Assembly: GCA_965153455.1 (NCBI GenBank)
Contig: OZ234493.1
Location: 3,286,001 to 3,350,000 of the forward strand
Direction of reading: 5' to 3'
DNA from: Sphagnum compactum
Lineage: Eukaryota
Length of the DNA stretch: 64,000 nt
Shown: positions 38,701 to 51,140 of the stretch, one piece after another
Position numbering within the stretch: the stretch's first letter is position 1
Layout: every line of letters starts with the position of its first letter
Notes under the pieces: model-generated
What the model was told of the DNA's origin: nothing
The model's input: the letters and a program-made list of their open reading frames with translations, nothing else
Databases searched by the model: none
Made by a program: the position numbers and the translations under genes

Positions 38701-41159
38701 TTTGACATGTGGACTCAAAAAAATGTAACATCATATGAGGTGAGGTGTTTGAAAATAAGATGCATTGACACTTTATATACTATAGTACCCAAGTGGCTTC
38801 AACATAAATTAAATTACTTTCAATTTTGCCAAAATTTCCAAAAAAAATTCAACCTTTTTTTCGAAATTTTCAAAAGCACATTCGAGTTGCCAGCCAATTT
38901 TGGACCAATGGTTTGCTTGACTAAATCAGTTACATTACATCCATTTGACCACTTACACAATGCAATATTTTTAAAATATTAATGATTTTTATTACATATA
39001 TTACACATATGCTGAAGTTTTCAGAATTAAAAAGGTAACTATTGAATTAAAAATTTTGGATTAAATTAATTATTTGGCAAAGAATTTCCGAAGCCGCCCA
39101 AATACTATAATATATAGTTGAATAATGCATTATCAAGTTTTATTAATCTCATTCAAAACTTCATGCTTCATGTTTTACATCTTTTTTTTTTACCAAGTAC
39201 ATGTCGAATCATGCACACAATTGGATTACCAATTTTTTTGAATGGAAGCATAAGAAAATGAACATCAGATATATATCATATTATAGGAGTTTTATTAAGA
39301 ATAAATTGTGAACTCTCGTCATGCCAACTTTGAAACATTTGACTTTGCTTTTATGCACCTTACCTCCTTTCATGCACCACATAATTGCAAGCTTCAACCT
39401 TACTTAAACCTAAGACCATAAACCTTACCTAAACCTAAGATTTCAGACCCTTGTGAATTTTTTAAAAACTTGCCAATTAGTTATAATATAGTAAAGTTGG
39501 ATGTAACAATTGTGTGTGCCCTAATTTTTTGATGTCTATTTTTGAAAATTATATCAAATAAACTTTTGTTTAGAGGCTTGGCCCATCCTTGGAGGAGATA
39601 CAAGATTACAAAGTTCATTTTGGGACCTTTTATACTAGGTGTTAGTTATATTTTGAAAAATATTTATTTTTGCAAAAGTGATGAATTTTTGTTAAATAAA
39701 CATGTTATACATTGGAAAAACACATTTGTTCAAATTGTTTTTGAAAAAATGAAAAATATTAAAATTCTTGAAAAGCATATTTTTTAGGTGTTACATATTT
39801 CATCTTTGCCCAAATTATGTTATATTGATGAATTCCCAAAATAGTCCACATTTATACTTATTACAATTAAAAATAGTTTATTTTATTTTATTTGTTCGTC
39901 AAGTTGAGTTGTCCCAAATCATAATGCCCCCCACCATGTCCTTTCATACCATTGAAAAACCATGGATGAGTAGCTTGTGCGCTAAGGTGGTTTAGTGACA
40001 TTTAAAAATATGTTCTATGTGTATATGGTGTTTGATATACATAATGTTGGGTAAATGTAAGCGTAATTTTCATTTAAATTCATATACAAACTTTGGTGTG
40101 TAAATGTAATTAAAAAAATGACACATGCATTTATGCAATTTTACATAACATGTAAATAAACACCACACACAATGACATATGCAATATTGCATTTTCTCCT
40201 TTCAAAGAGTAGTTATTAAAGTGGAGTTGGTTTAACAATGAAAAAAAGGAGGAAAAAGGGAAATTAACAAATGGTAGGCATGAGGAAAGAAGGAGGTAGG
40301 TATGAGAGAAGAGAAGGTTAAGTATGGAGGAATGATATCTTGAAAAACTTCTTTCATTGTGACCTTTTGAGTTCCCCCATTTTGTTCCATTTTGTTTAAA
40401 GGTTGTGTGCAAGTGTAATTGGTGGTGTTGTTATCATTTTACAACTATTTGCATTGTTGAAAGCTTCAACAACAAACATGTTTCAAATGTGTTTTTTACA
40501 ATTTATTCCTAACCCTTTTGTTTATGTTGGACTCCCTTATTGTGGTTGTTTTGGAACTTTTTTCATTTTGGTCTTGCAAAAAAAGGTTCAAAGTTTAAGG
40601 TGAGTTCCCCCATGTTCTTCCTCTTCATTTGTAATTTTTGCAACATTAGGTGGTGGCATCATAATCATCTTATATTTCCTAACATAATTGTAAGTTTCAT
40701 TAATGACTCGTTACCCTCTTATCTTGCTTTCATTGTGGTCTTGTTTTTTTGTCTTAAAAACACACAACTACCAATGAAAAATTTGAAATGCAATATCCTC
40801 ATATTTCTGTAAATCACAATTTGGAGACATATAATGGGCTCATTTTTTTGCAAACCACAATTTGGAGACATATATGGTATTGCATTGTGATTTACACTTA
40901 CACAATAAACTATTTTACATGGTCTCGTGTAAGTGTATATTAGAAATATATACACACATGTCCTACAAGTGTAACTATAAATATTAAAATATACATGGCA
41001 TGAAGTGTAAATGTAGAAACTTTGTCATTTGAATGTAAATGATTCACATTTACAAAATTTTACACACACAAACTATTTACACTTACATGCACAACATTCT
41101 AATTTAGACATGTGGTGTGGGACTTATTAAATATTGAATAATTTATTCAAAAAAATGAT

Positions 41160-41432
41160 AAAATCAAAACTAAAAAATATAGGGAAATTGAGGTACAATC
41201 TTGGTACTATTAGAAAGCCCTTCACGAGTGGGATTTTATGGTGATGATTTCATAATTTTTAGACCTAAGGTGTGAGAGACATTAAATTTTGAGTAATTTT
41301 CTTCATTAGAAGTTAATTTAGAACTCTAAAATATTTTTCACCATTGAGCTCTATCATGAGGTTACTGTTCACACTTGGAGTAATTACATAATCATGTTCA
41401 CACTTGGGCCAATGGCAGAGGCCACACTATAT
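41160..41432 (+). repeat. 3' part of a Helitron-like non-autonomous repeat (same family as 54798-55617)
   Basis: Shares GGTA.T.TTGGAAAGCCC...GTTCACACTTGGGCCAATG.CA with 55410-55617. Ends in a GGCC..GGCC stem followed by a CTAG-like CTAT. Confidence 0.5.
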
Positions 41433-42515
41433 TAATAGAAAACAAAACCCTTGAATCTTTTAATGCTTTGTTTGCTTCTCCTGAGATTAGAGGGAGCACT
41501 CTGTGTCAGTGTCTTCAAGAATGCGGCGAAGATCATGATGCCGAGATATTAAGTACTTGTCCAGGGATCTGGCTGCTAGATTTTAAATCCTGTGCTAGAT
41601 AGGAGAAACCCTTATGTCCAGGGTTGCCAAGGCCAAGATACTTCAGCTTGAAGTGACTTACACAGGTACCTTGAGCTTCGAGAGTATCCCGGACGTTAAC
41701 CACCCCCTCCAACATTAGTGAAACCCAGTGGCAAAATTGTGTAGGTCCTCACAATGTCACCTAGACAAAGCTTGTTAGGGGTATTTAATGTGTTTCTTGC
41801 CAAAGAGCCATGTGGCACATATCAATGACATTTGCAACGTCTTGCAACAAGTGATGTCTCTTAGGGAAATATTAAACTGTATTTAACTCAGGAAATTTTA
41901 AATTGGAATCAGGGGACATGATTTAGTCTTGGAATGTGATAATAAAGGGGATATTAATTTGTTTAGAAAATACCAAAAGATTTGGGGTACTTCAACCAGG
42001 GTGCCACTGTAGGTGCTGTGCTGGCGCATCCAAGCAGGGGTTTTTTTTATTATTAAAAACACTTCCCTGGAGCCAGGGTGGCGAGCATGCACAGGCAGAT
42101 TATGACTTAACTGGCGACTTTATTTCAAAGGGACTGTTCAAACGTAGCCAGTATGTACACAGAAATGTGACGGCAGCCACTGCCTAGAAAAACAGAGTTC
42201 TGTCGCCTTTTAGGCGAATTCTTTTCAGAGAAAGGAAATTAATTACTGTGACAGACTATTCCGTTTTCAGAAAACTGTGTGGCCTTTTGGAGGTCTTTCG
42301 CCCAAAAGAAAAACAGACTGCACCCAAGGCTAACCGTACCACAAAGCTGTTGTGACAGATTCCTTGTGTTCTTAGTTATGTTATGTAGCTGGTATTCACT
42401 GAATTTGTGAAGAAAGTGCCTAAATGTGTTGGAGCCCACCGGCCCAGTCAGACGTATTATGTTTCAGAGACAGTAGAATGATGTGAACCTGCAAACACAG
42501 TACCATTTTTAATGT

Positions 42516-42951
42516 TTATCCTTGCAGGCGAGACGCTAAGTTCACCCCCCCCCCCTGGAGCACTCTCCGGCGCCCTTTCTGGGCCTGACAGTGCAGCCCT
42601 GCGGAGAACCGCGTGGTTCTGCTGCAGGGTTTGACTTTTTGTCTGTGGAAGTTATTCAAATAGAAAAGAAAACTTACACCCCATTGTGCTTGAATCTGTG
42701 CCAGTGATTGGTAGTTTGTTTTATACCTAGAAAGTTCTGGTTTCGAATCCTGTGAAGCTGCTGCAGCGCACGATAAAAATTAATGGACCGTTACTAAGTT
42801 GTTTTGCAGAATAAAAAGCAGATAGTGAACCATGCTGCATGGTTTTATGCAGAACCATGCAGGGGCAGAAAAACATGTGCAAGAAGACAATGAAAACAGG
42901 AGCCGGACAGAGCTTGATGGGGGTTATTTAGCGTCTCGCCTGCAAGGATAA
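42516..42951. mobile_element. MITE with perfect 24-bp inverted ends
   Basis: TTATCCTTGCAGGCGAGACGCTAA (42516-42539) and its exact reverse complement (42928-42951). About 0.44 kb, non-coding, possible TA target site. Confidence 0.85.
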
Positions 42952-45900
42952 CCCAGCATTCATGACTGTACAGCAACTTCTCAAGCACATTACTTCACTG
43001 TAATAGGTTAGCTCAGTTTATTGCATCATGAAGTCCCTGGCATATCCTCCAAACAACACAGGCTCCTTCAAGACCGTAATCTGCAATCATAGCCTAAGTA
43101 CTGGAATGGCATTGGAAAAGGTCGGGCAGCTTGGGCTGGCTCTGAATACTCTGAACTCAATTTTGGTGCACCTTGATCCCACTTTCAAGATTGAAGGACA
43201 CCCCATCCTAGCGGCAATACTACCATGGAGATTATTGAACAGTCTCAATATTCCTATACCAAATTCTTTTGGTGTAGGCAGGGGGGACACTGGAATGCAA
43301 TAAACCTGCTAGTATACTTGAAGAGTTGGCTGCATTATTTTGAGAAGCTATCTGTCCAACAAGGAAGGAATTGAAATTTGAAACCTTGGCTCCCCAATTT
43401 GTAGCTACCTACCTGGGTTGTATTTTCCCAGTCAATCCAATGGGATTTGATGCCATATAGGACATGATATGATACCAAATGGACATGCAAGGGATTGAAA
43501 CCTCAGCTTAGCAAGCTGGAGATACTTGTTATATTTTCCCAGTGGGTCTGTAGCCTAGGAGGGGTCCAGAACTATGATGATTAATTTCTGATTAATCCCT
43601 TCAAGCACATAGGTAGATTATTAAACATATTTCAAAACAACAGTTGCAATATTCGTCATTCACAGGATTTTCAACATCAAACTTTATACTCTTTTCAAAT
43701 AGGATCACCCATGTGCCTAAAGTCAGAATCTTTATGTGAAAACTACACCTCAAAGGAGTTCATTACATGTGTCTAAAGATTCTCCTTTATGAGGAAAATC
43801 TTTTGATAAAGGAGAATCTTTCATCATCAAAAGTTCTCTTTTCTGCATTCATTAACCAAATTGAGCAATTTTGTGACATTAGAAGCGCTAGGTAGAGGGC
43901 TACAACTTTTCTTTGATCTTCAAAAGTGAAAAGAAATGTGTGAGTATTCAACCTTCTTTAATTTCTTAAGTGTTCATTCACCAGCCTATCTACCCCTAAC
44001 CAGAAAAAGAAATCTTGAGTTCATGAAACTAGAATATGCTCAAGACTGGTGCTTATATATCCCTGGTGGAATCTAAAGGGTGGTCCTATGAAGTCCCAAC
44101 AGCCCTTGGTGGCCCCTCAATGTTGTAACAATAATTTATTTTTTCATAAAATCCACACCATTTTTCGGAAATTTCTTTATTTGATGTCGCCTGTCACTTC
44201 TTTATTTGGTCACTTTTAATTTTCATCTTTAATGATATAACAAAACAAATACGTAAAGTGAAAGCAAATGAAGGATGGAAGAGTTGGCTCCAACTGGCTA
44301 CATCTTGCCCTCAAGGACTTCATATATGACCTAATGGACCTTCAGCAAATCATTATTCTATTAAATAACTTGAGACCAAAGGACCATTAATGAGGGACCA
44401 AAAGTGCTCAACAATTACTCCCTTTACTGGCTCACATTACCTGGACTTGCCTCCTAGTGTAAAGGTTAACATGTAGGTGTGTGTTGCCTTCCGGTCTAGA
44501 ATTCCTCTTCCTTTCTTTTACTTTCCTTTCGTGGGGTTTCAGAGAAAGGGTACCATCCTAAGGAAAGGTCATCCAACATGGTCATGCTAGGCTACTGCTG
44601 TCTCACGATTATTCACAGTTCAGTTAAGCCAGCAAAAGACTCTCACCCACCGCTGTAACTCTGAGAACTTCATCATAAGCAGCTTGTTTGTTGCATTTGG
44701 ATCAATCCTCCAAGTGTATTAAATGCTCAATGATGCAGGTAATTTGGATCCGGCACAGACATGCATCACATAATGTCTCAACATCTTTGTGAATTAAGAA
44801 CCGTTGGCCTCAACAAAGATGTCAAATTTTTTAACTTTGTCTAATATGTCTCTCATTCATTCATGGCCTTTTGTCAATTATTTAAGACATCTTTGGCTTA
44901 ATTCTCTCGCATTCGAGTTACTTTACATAATAAGCTATCACTAGTGACCACAACTCAAAATGATTGCCTGAGCATTAAAGCACCGTCCAAATCTAGTTTT
45001 GTCACTAGCTTCAATTTTTAATTTCCAGGCTAATTTCTGTTCTCTTAAATTCTGATTTCATTTCTGTGGCTTGAAGGTCTTTGTCTGTCCATAAGATTGG
45101 ATTTGGTCGATAACTTGTAGCTGCCTCTGATCTGCACAGGAGAGAAAGAAGTGCGATCGAAGCTACGCGAGCTGCATGCCTGCAGGGGTTTGCAAGTAAA
45201 TTGCGAAGAGCTAATCAACCACATTTTACAGAGAAGGGGCCAGAGCTGATGGCTGCAGCACCTGGGTGCCCATGAGATCCTTGCCCACTGTCTATATTAG
45301 TGCTAGAGCCCTCACGTGCATCATGTCAGAAATGTACAAGGCCATGAATAAGAGAGAAATTAAGACAAGGAGAAGATAGAGAGCCGGAAAAGAGAGACAT
45401 TCGACATAGGACCACGAGTACACACATAGAGATTATCGAGTACAGCATGTGCAGCTGCTCAATAGAACTCAGGAATGTTCCTTTTAATAGCTGAGGTACT
45501 GGGCATGGATGGAGAGTTTTGGAGAAAACAGTTCTTGAGAGCTTGCTGATCAGAGAAATTGCTGACTTATCCTGCCACCCATCGTGTCCCCGGGACGTTT
45601 CTTCTTTACTAAGAGGAGTAGTCTCGGAGTCTCTACTCCTGTTGCTCTCCGACAGACCCAGGTTTGTAATGTGTATTAGATGATGAACGCTCGTGAATAT
45701 ATCCTTTGTCGGAACTGCCATGTCTTTTGAACAAACAAACTTGCTCCATTTATTTACATGTTGGTTGCTAGTTTATATCTGATCAGATCTTACATGTTCT
45801 CTGATATGAAAAATTGTGCGGCTTGAAATTGAATGGAGCTTGTGCAGGCTCAAAAGATCATACAAGTAGTGTTCTTGAAGTGCGGGAAGAGGCCGGCCTC

Positions 45901-46292
45901 GAAGCAGTCAACATCTACGCTCTCACTGGTGATCATCACTGCACTTCCTGGTAGCCGGCCGGGAGATTTGCATTCCTAGAACCCTCTTGTCCGGTGGAGG
46001 ATGTGCAGGTTTTCGCTGAGCGGGATGGGTTTACTCTGGGCTATGATCTGAGGGATTGTTCCGACAGCTTAGGCGACACCCAGGAACGATATTCATACTG
46101 CTGCAGGCCTCTGTGTTCCAACTACTGTAGCAATGATTTCAGCCAGCCTCCTAATGGTATGAAACTCAGCGACTCCTTCTCTACCTCGCCGCAAGCAGAC
46201 TGATTGGATCACAGGTTCCTTCAACTTCCTAGTTACTAAACCGTGAGAAACCACGGAATGCTGGCGGATCAGATTCCGAATCGTAAAGGTGT

Positions 46293-47885
46293 ATGGAAGC
46301 AGCAGCCTGGAATAGTCCAGTAAACCGAGAAAACTCCGTTTACGTCAGCCTTGGAGCTTTGGGACAGCAGCTGGAGCACGTAATTTTTTTTTGCAAGGAA
46401 ATCGTGTCCGGTACAGCTAGCTTGCTCTATAGAGATTCCAGACAATCTTCTCAAATGGTGGCTCAGTCTCTAGGCTTTGATCAAATGCTGAAAACAACAA
46501 GAAGTTCTAAGTTAATGTTCTGCTGCATCATATCGAGCCTAGTGGTAATTCTCATCACAACTTGGGCATGTCCCGAATCCCAAGTACTACTATCCACGCG
46601 TCCACATACTTTCGAGGAGCTCGTCACGAAGCCATCTGGTATCAATGATCCATGCGCCGGCAAGCGAATATACATGTACGATCTCCCACCCAAATTCAAC
46701 GTTGCGCTTCTGGAGCGTTGCGGGAAGAAATTGGTGAAGTGGATAGATTTCTGCCCACATATGCAGAATTATGGATTCGGGCAAATGGTGTCGAAATCGA
46801 CAGCTGCGCCATTGTTCGCCAAGGACTGGTATGGCACAGACGCCTACATGCTAGAAGTCATATTCCATGCACGGATGCAGAGATACAAATGTTTGACGAA
46901 CTCGGAGTCTGATGCCGACGCTTTCTTCATCCCGTATTTCGCTGGCATTGACGCGTTGAATAGTTTGTACACTGACAACCGCACAGAGACGCTAGGACCC
47001 GAGCTAGTGGCCTGGTTGCAAGACAACACCACAGACTCTTGGCAACGACACGGCGGGCACGATCACTTCCTAATCGCTGGTAGAACGGCCTATGACTTCG
47101 CCCGCCCACTCGAAGGCTCCTTCGATAACTGGGGCACTACGCTTCTAAACCTACCTGAACTAGCGAATATCACGGACTTAACACTGGAGGGCAGGAAGTG
47201 GTTAGGGATGGATCAAGCGATCCCGTACCCAACAGGTTTTCATCCAGCTACAGCCGGGAGCTTACGCAAATGGACCGATCAAGTTCTAACCGTTTCTCGC
47301 CGGTACCTTTTCGCGTTCTCAGGAGCCTTACGCCCCTCGATGACCACTAGCATCCGGGGCTCACTCTACGACCAGTGCTTGAGAGCAACCACTCGTTGCT
47401 CGCTGCTAGACTGCAGCAAGATCAAGTGTAGCCATAATCCAGTGCCGATTTACAGCAAACTTTTACTAGCCGAGTTTTGCCTACAACCCAGAGGTGACAC
47501 CGCGACTCGTCGATCGGTTTTCGACTCCATCATCGCTGGTTGCATTCCGGTTTTCTTCCACGAGGATACTGCGTACAATCAATATTCCTGGCATTTGCCC
47601 ACGACAGACCCGCAAAAATTCTCTGTGTTCATTCCCGAAGAAGGGATAAAAAACGGGTCGATTGTTGTGGAAGAGGTGCTTGGAAGTTACTCCAAATCGA
47701 GAATCAGCGAGATGCGTGATGAGCTCATTAAGCTCATTCCGGGATCGCTTTACAGACATCCCGATTCCAGAGATGCTGTGTTGACGGAGAAATTCCGTGA
47801 CGCTTTCGATCTGGCAATAGATGGGATGCTGAAGAAAGTAGCATCCTCCAAGCTGTCTAACGCAGCTACCACTGTCCGATCATAG
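46293..47885 (+). CDS. Exostosin-family (GT47 clade A) xyloglucan glycosyltransferase, MUR3/XLT2/GT19-like
   Basis: Uninterrupted 530-aa ORF with a type II membrane anchor (LMFCCIISSLVVILITTW) and GT47 motifs C.GKRIYMYDLPPKFN, WYGTDAYMLEVIFH.RM, FFIPYFAG, GGHDHFLIAGRT, FCLQPRGDTATRRS.FDSI.AGCIPVFF. The true start may be a downstream ATG. Confidence 0.95.
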   Translation: MEAAAWNSPVNRENSVYVSLGALGQQLEHVIFFCKEIVSGTASLLYRDSRQSSQMVAQSLGFDQMLKTTRSSKLMFCCIISSLVVILITTWACPESQVLLSTRPHTFEELVTKPSGINDPCAGKRIYMYDLPPKFNVALLERCGKKLVKWIDFCPHMQNYGFGQMVSKSTAAPLFAKDWYGTDAYMLEVIFHARMQRYKCLTNSESDADAFFIPYFAGIDALNSLYTDNRTETLGPELVAWLQDNTTDSWQRHGGHDHFLIAGRTAYDFARPLEGSFDNWGTTLLNLPELANITDLTLEGRKWLGMDQAIPYPTGFHPATAGSLRKWTDQVLTVSRRYLFAFSGALRPSMTTSIRGSLYDQCLRATTRCSLLDCSKIKCSHNPVPIYSKLLLAEFCLQPRGDTATRRSVFDSIIAGCIPVFFHEDTAYNQYSWHLPTTDPQKFSVFIPEEGIKNGSIVVEEVLGSYSKSRISEMRDELIKLIPGSLYRHPDSRDAVLTEKFRDAFDLAIDGMLKKVASSKLSNAATTVRS

Positions 47886-48849
47886 ATCATCTATCCAAAT
47901 AGTGCTTTTTTTTCTGGCTGAATTTCGCAGTGGAGATCAAACTTTTTGGAATTCTTTTTGTCATTTTAGTGCAAATTCAAAAGAAAATTGCCAAACATTT
48001 GGAAAAATTCGCCAAACGTTAGAAACCACAAAATTGAAAAAAAACCCAGATGCCAACTCCTAGCAAAGAATTTTCAATTTTCTATTGGGAAAGGAATTGA
48101 TTTTAAGGTAGAATGAATCTAAATACAATTTATTCCTGATAGTGCCTTGGGACTATTAGTGTGCTGAGCTAATTATTTTCCAAGTTCCAGTGCAAGATGA
48201 ATTTAGAGACTTGAACTTGGGAAGGTGTGCTGAAGATTTGGCAGTTCATATATCAACGAACTCCTCATTTAATCAAACCCAGAATTCACAATTGGGAACA
48301 CATATGTTTTGCCATTTGGAGAATTTTTTCCTCAAGACAGAATTGAGGAGGATGGATTTGGATTCAAGAATCCACATCACTGCAATCAATTCTCAGACTA
48401 TGCAATTCAGCTTCTGGCTTGACAAATTAAAGAGATCTAGACCCTGAGCTTCATGGATTTGCACACTTGGATACTAACTACTAGCAAGAAGGACAATGTA
48501 CTCATCTCTATCAACCAGGTGCAATTGAATAGCAGTTCATGAGCTTTGTTGGCCATCAAAAATTAAAACTATTGCTTTCTGCTTTTGCAACTGGCATTTG
48601 TTGCAACCATTAGAATGGCTTAGGCTTATCCATCTGCTTTCATCCAGTCTGAACAACACATAAAGAATTGACATTAAAAAAACCCATGGCAACAAACATC
48701 ACAAGACATACTAGATATGTACTTCCATTTTGTTGATTTCTTGACTAGTTGCAAAACCTACCATCTCACCTTGATGTGGATTGAAGAATCCGCATTGTTG
48801 CAATCATTTCTAAGAAGACCCAAATGAAACCAAGAATTTGCGTCCTTGT

Positions 48850-49172
48850 CCATTTCTTTTTTAAAAAATTGATTCTAGTTCCAGTTCTAAAAATCAAACC
48901 CAATTTTGGTCTGGTTCATACTTACCTAGATTGAAATCTGCGATTAATTACTGGTTTTAATCACTTTTCTTTTCAAAACTCTCAATTCCTGTTCCACACT
49001 TAAATACATCCAGGAGCCCAGTTCTAGGTCCAATACTTTAAGAAAATAAAATCAAGTTTTGGTTCCTCTTTTGGTTCCAAAATCAAACCAAGTTTCGGCT
49101 TGGCTCTTATTAGTTATGGAAATCAGAACTGGTGGTTCTTACCTGCCAAAGAGGGTACCTGCCCAACATTGG
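48850..49172. repeat. Degenerate MITE-like repeat with GGTTC-rich internal units
   Basis: Recurring GGTTC and AAAATCAAACC motifs. Right end CCCAACATTG (reverse complement CAATGTTGGG) resembles an hAT-MITE terminus. Confidence 0.35.
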
Positions 49173-50320
49173 TTCATACCAAGGAAGCAGTCAATAAAAA
49201 GTTGAGAACATAGAAATGCATATCAACCAAATAACATAAATCATCCTTAATGGCACCTTGCTTCCAAACTGCCCCCTAGATAGGGCTAAGGTCCTTTTAA
49301 ATCAGATAATCCTATAGAGAATTTTCTCTGTAAATGCACCAAGAGTGAACTCTTTGGTTTTAAGGTAAGAAAATTTTAGTGACGAGTAATCGAAATTGAT
49401 ATATGAGGGATTTTTTGAAATCTTTTGTATGGTCGGCCATGGATCATTCCAAAGACAATTTCAGAAATAACTATCTCATTTTCAAGTCTAACTATTTCAT
49501 TTCTTTTCGAATAATTGCCTCTTTTCCTATTTACTTTTTGAATAATTATCTCCCACTTTTTCTAATAATTATCTCCATTTTATAACTATCTCACTTTTTT
49601 CTCCTATCCCACCAACATGGATATGAAAAAACAAATCAACATGTGTTTTTTCATGTCCATGAAATATATATTATTTTAAATTAAACTTGACATTGACATA
49701 AATAATGATGAATTATTGAAAATCACATGAAAACATAAGGAAAAAATAAAATAGTTGCTTGTCATTTATAGTGCATAACAACTTGGAGCTCAAATTAATA
49801 AGCTAGATGCAAATGTGAGTCCTTTCATTAATTGCCTAATTACAAGTCCTTTAAATCCTTAATTAAAAATGATCATTATGTAGAGAAACTTAAGATATTC
49901 CTTCTATCTAATTACAAGATAAGTATTTAAGTTTGCTTCGTGCACCAAGGCTAGATTCGTTTTTCAATTGGCACTTCTTATAATAGTGGAACAAAACATC
50001 CCATATGCCAACCTTTGAAACATAGATCACAAATTAACAAAATGGTAGACTACCCACACAAGATACAATGTAATCTAGTCAGGTCAACTTGGCCATCAAC
50101 ATGCAAAAAATGACATCTGAATCTCTTTTCAACATTTGTTGGGGCAAGCCCATCATTTATTTTGTTGATTGGACATGAAACCAATTTACTATTACATCTT
50201 CCAAAAGTCGTCAATATCATGTTCCCAAGTTGTGTGCCTAAACCTTCATTGAGTGGATCTCATCTTATTGATAAAATCACAGTTTCCATTTTTGATGAAA
50301 TGAAATTGGATGTTCATTTT

Positions 50321-51140
50321 CACTAGTAGAAAAACCTCATTTTGCGACTTATTTTATGTGACATTTTTATTTGCATAAAACAAGTTGCAAAATGAAATTT
50401 TTCTATTAATGTTTTGGTTTTTGCAAAAGCTAGATCTCCCAGGATGTTATTTTAGAAAAAACTCCATATGTTGAACTTTTTCTTTGAATAAATATTGTTA
50501 ACTTCAAGGTAATTATCGACAACCTTCCTCAAGGGAAGGGTTGTGTTCTTGAATGTCAAAAACATTTTTTGTTTAATAATGTTAAATGTAATATAATTAT
50601 CACCTAATCACATTGAACTTAGAAAGAGTTGAAAATGGTCATAAGAATGTTTTGTGGCTATTAAGTGTTCCTCACATTAGTGTCTAAAGATGGTTTACTG
50701 ATTGCTAGGCCTTTTTCACATTAAAGTTAAAAGAGTAAAAACATTTGGCGTTCGTAGGGGGTTTCCTCATAGGAAATTTTAGAAAGCACATGGTAGCCAC
50801 CAAACATTTCCTCATATGAGATTCTTGAAAGTGCTTAGTAGCCATCAAGCATTTTCATAAAAGGTTCTTAAGAACACTTAACATCCATTAAGGGGTTTTC
50901 TTAAGAAGTTTTTGAGAACATAAATTGACAGTCATTAAGTGTTTCTCACAAGAGACTCTTGAGATTGCTTAACGGCCACCATATGTTTCTCATAGTAGAT
51001 TTTTGACAATCCATAATGACCACCTAACTTTTCTCACAAGAGATTCTTGGGAGTACCTTATGGCCCCTTGGTTTTTTTCCCAAGAAATTTGTGAAAATGT
51101 TTAACAAATGCTAGGTGTTTCTCATTGGAGATTCTTGAAA
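50321..51140 (+). mobile_element. CACTA-type terminus followed by a ~45-bp degenerate tandem array
   Basis: CACTAGTAGAAAAACC at 50321. About ten units of TTTCTCA.AAGAGATTCTTGA.AGTGCTTAATGGCCACC at ~50600-51140. No matching right end identified. Confidence 0.5.

Noticed and set aside
50600-51140. Regularly spaced repeats resembling a CRISPR array
   Set aside because: Whole units are degenerate copies with no unique spacers, there are no cas genes, and the context is a eukaryotic TE.
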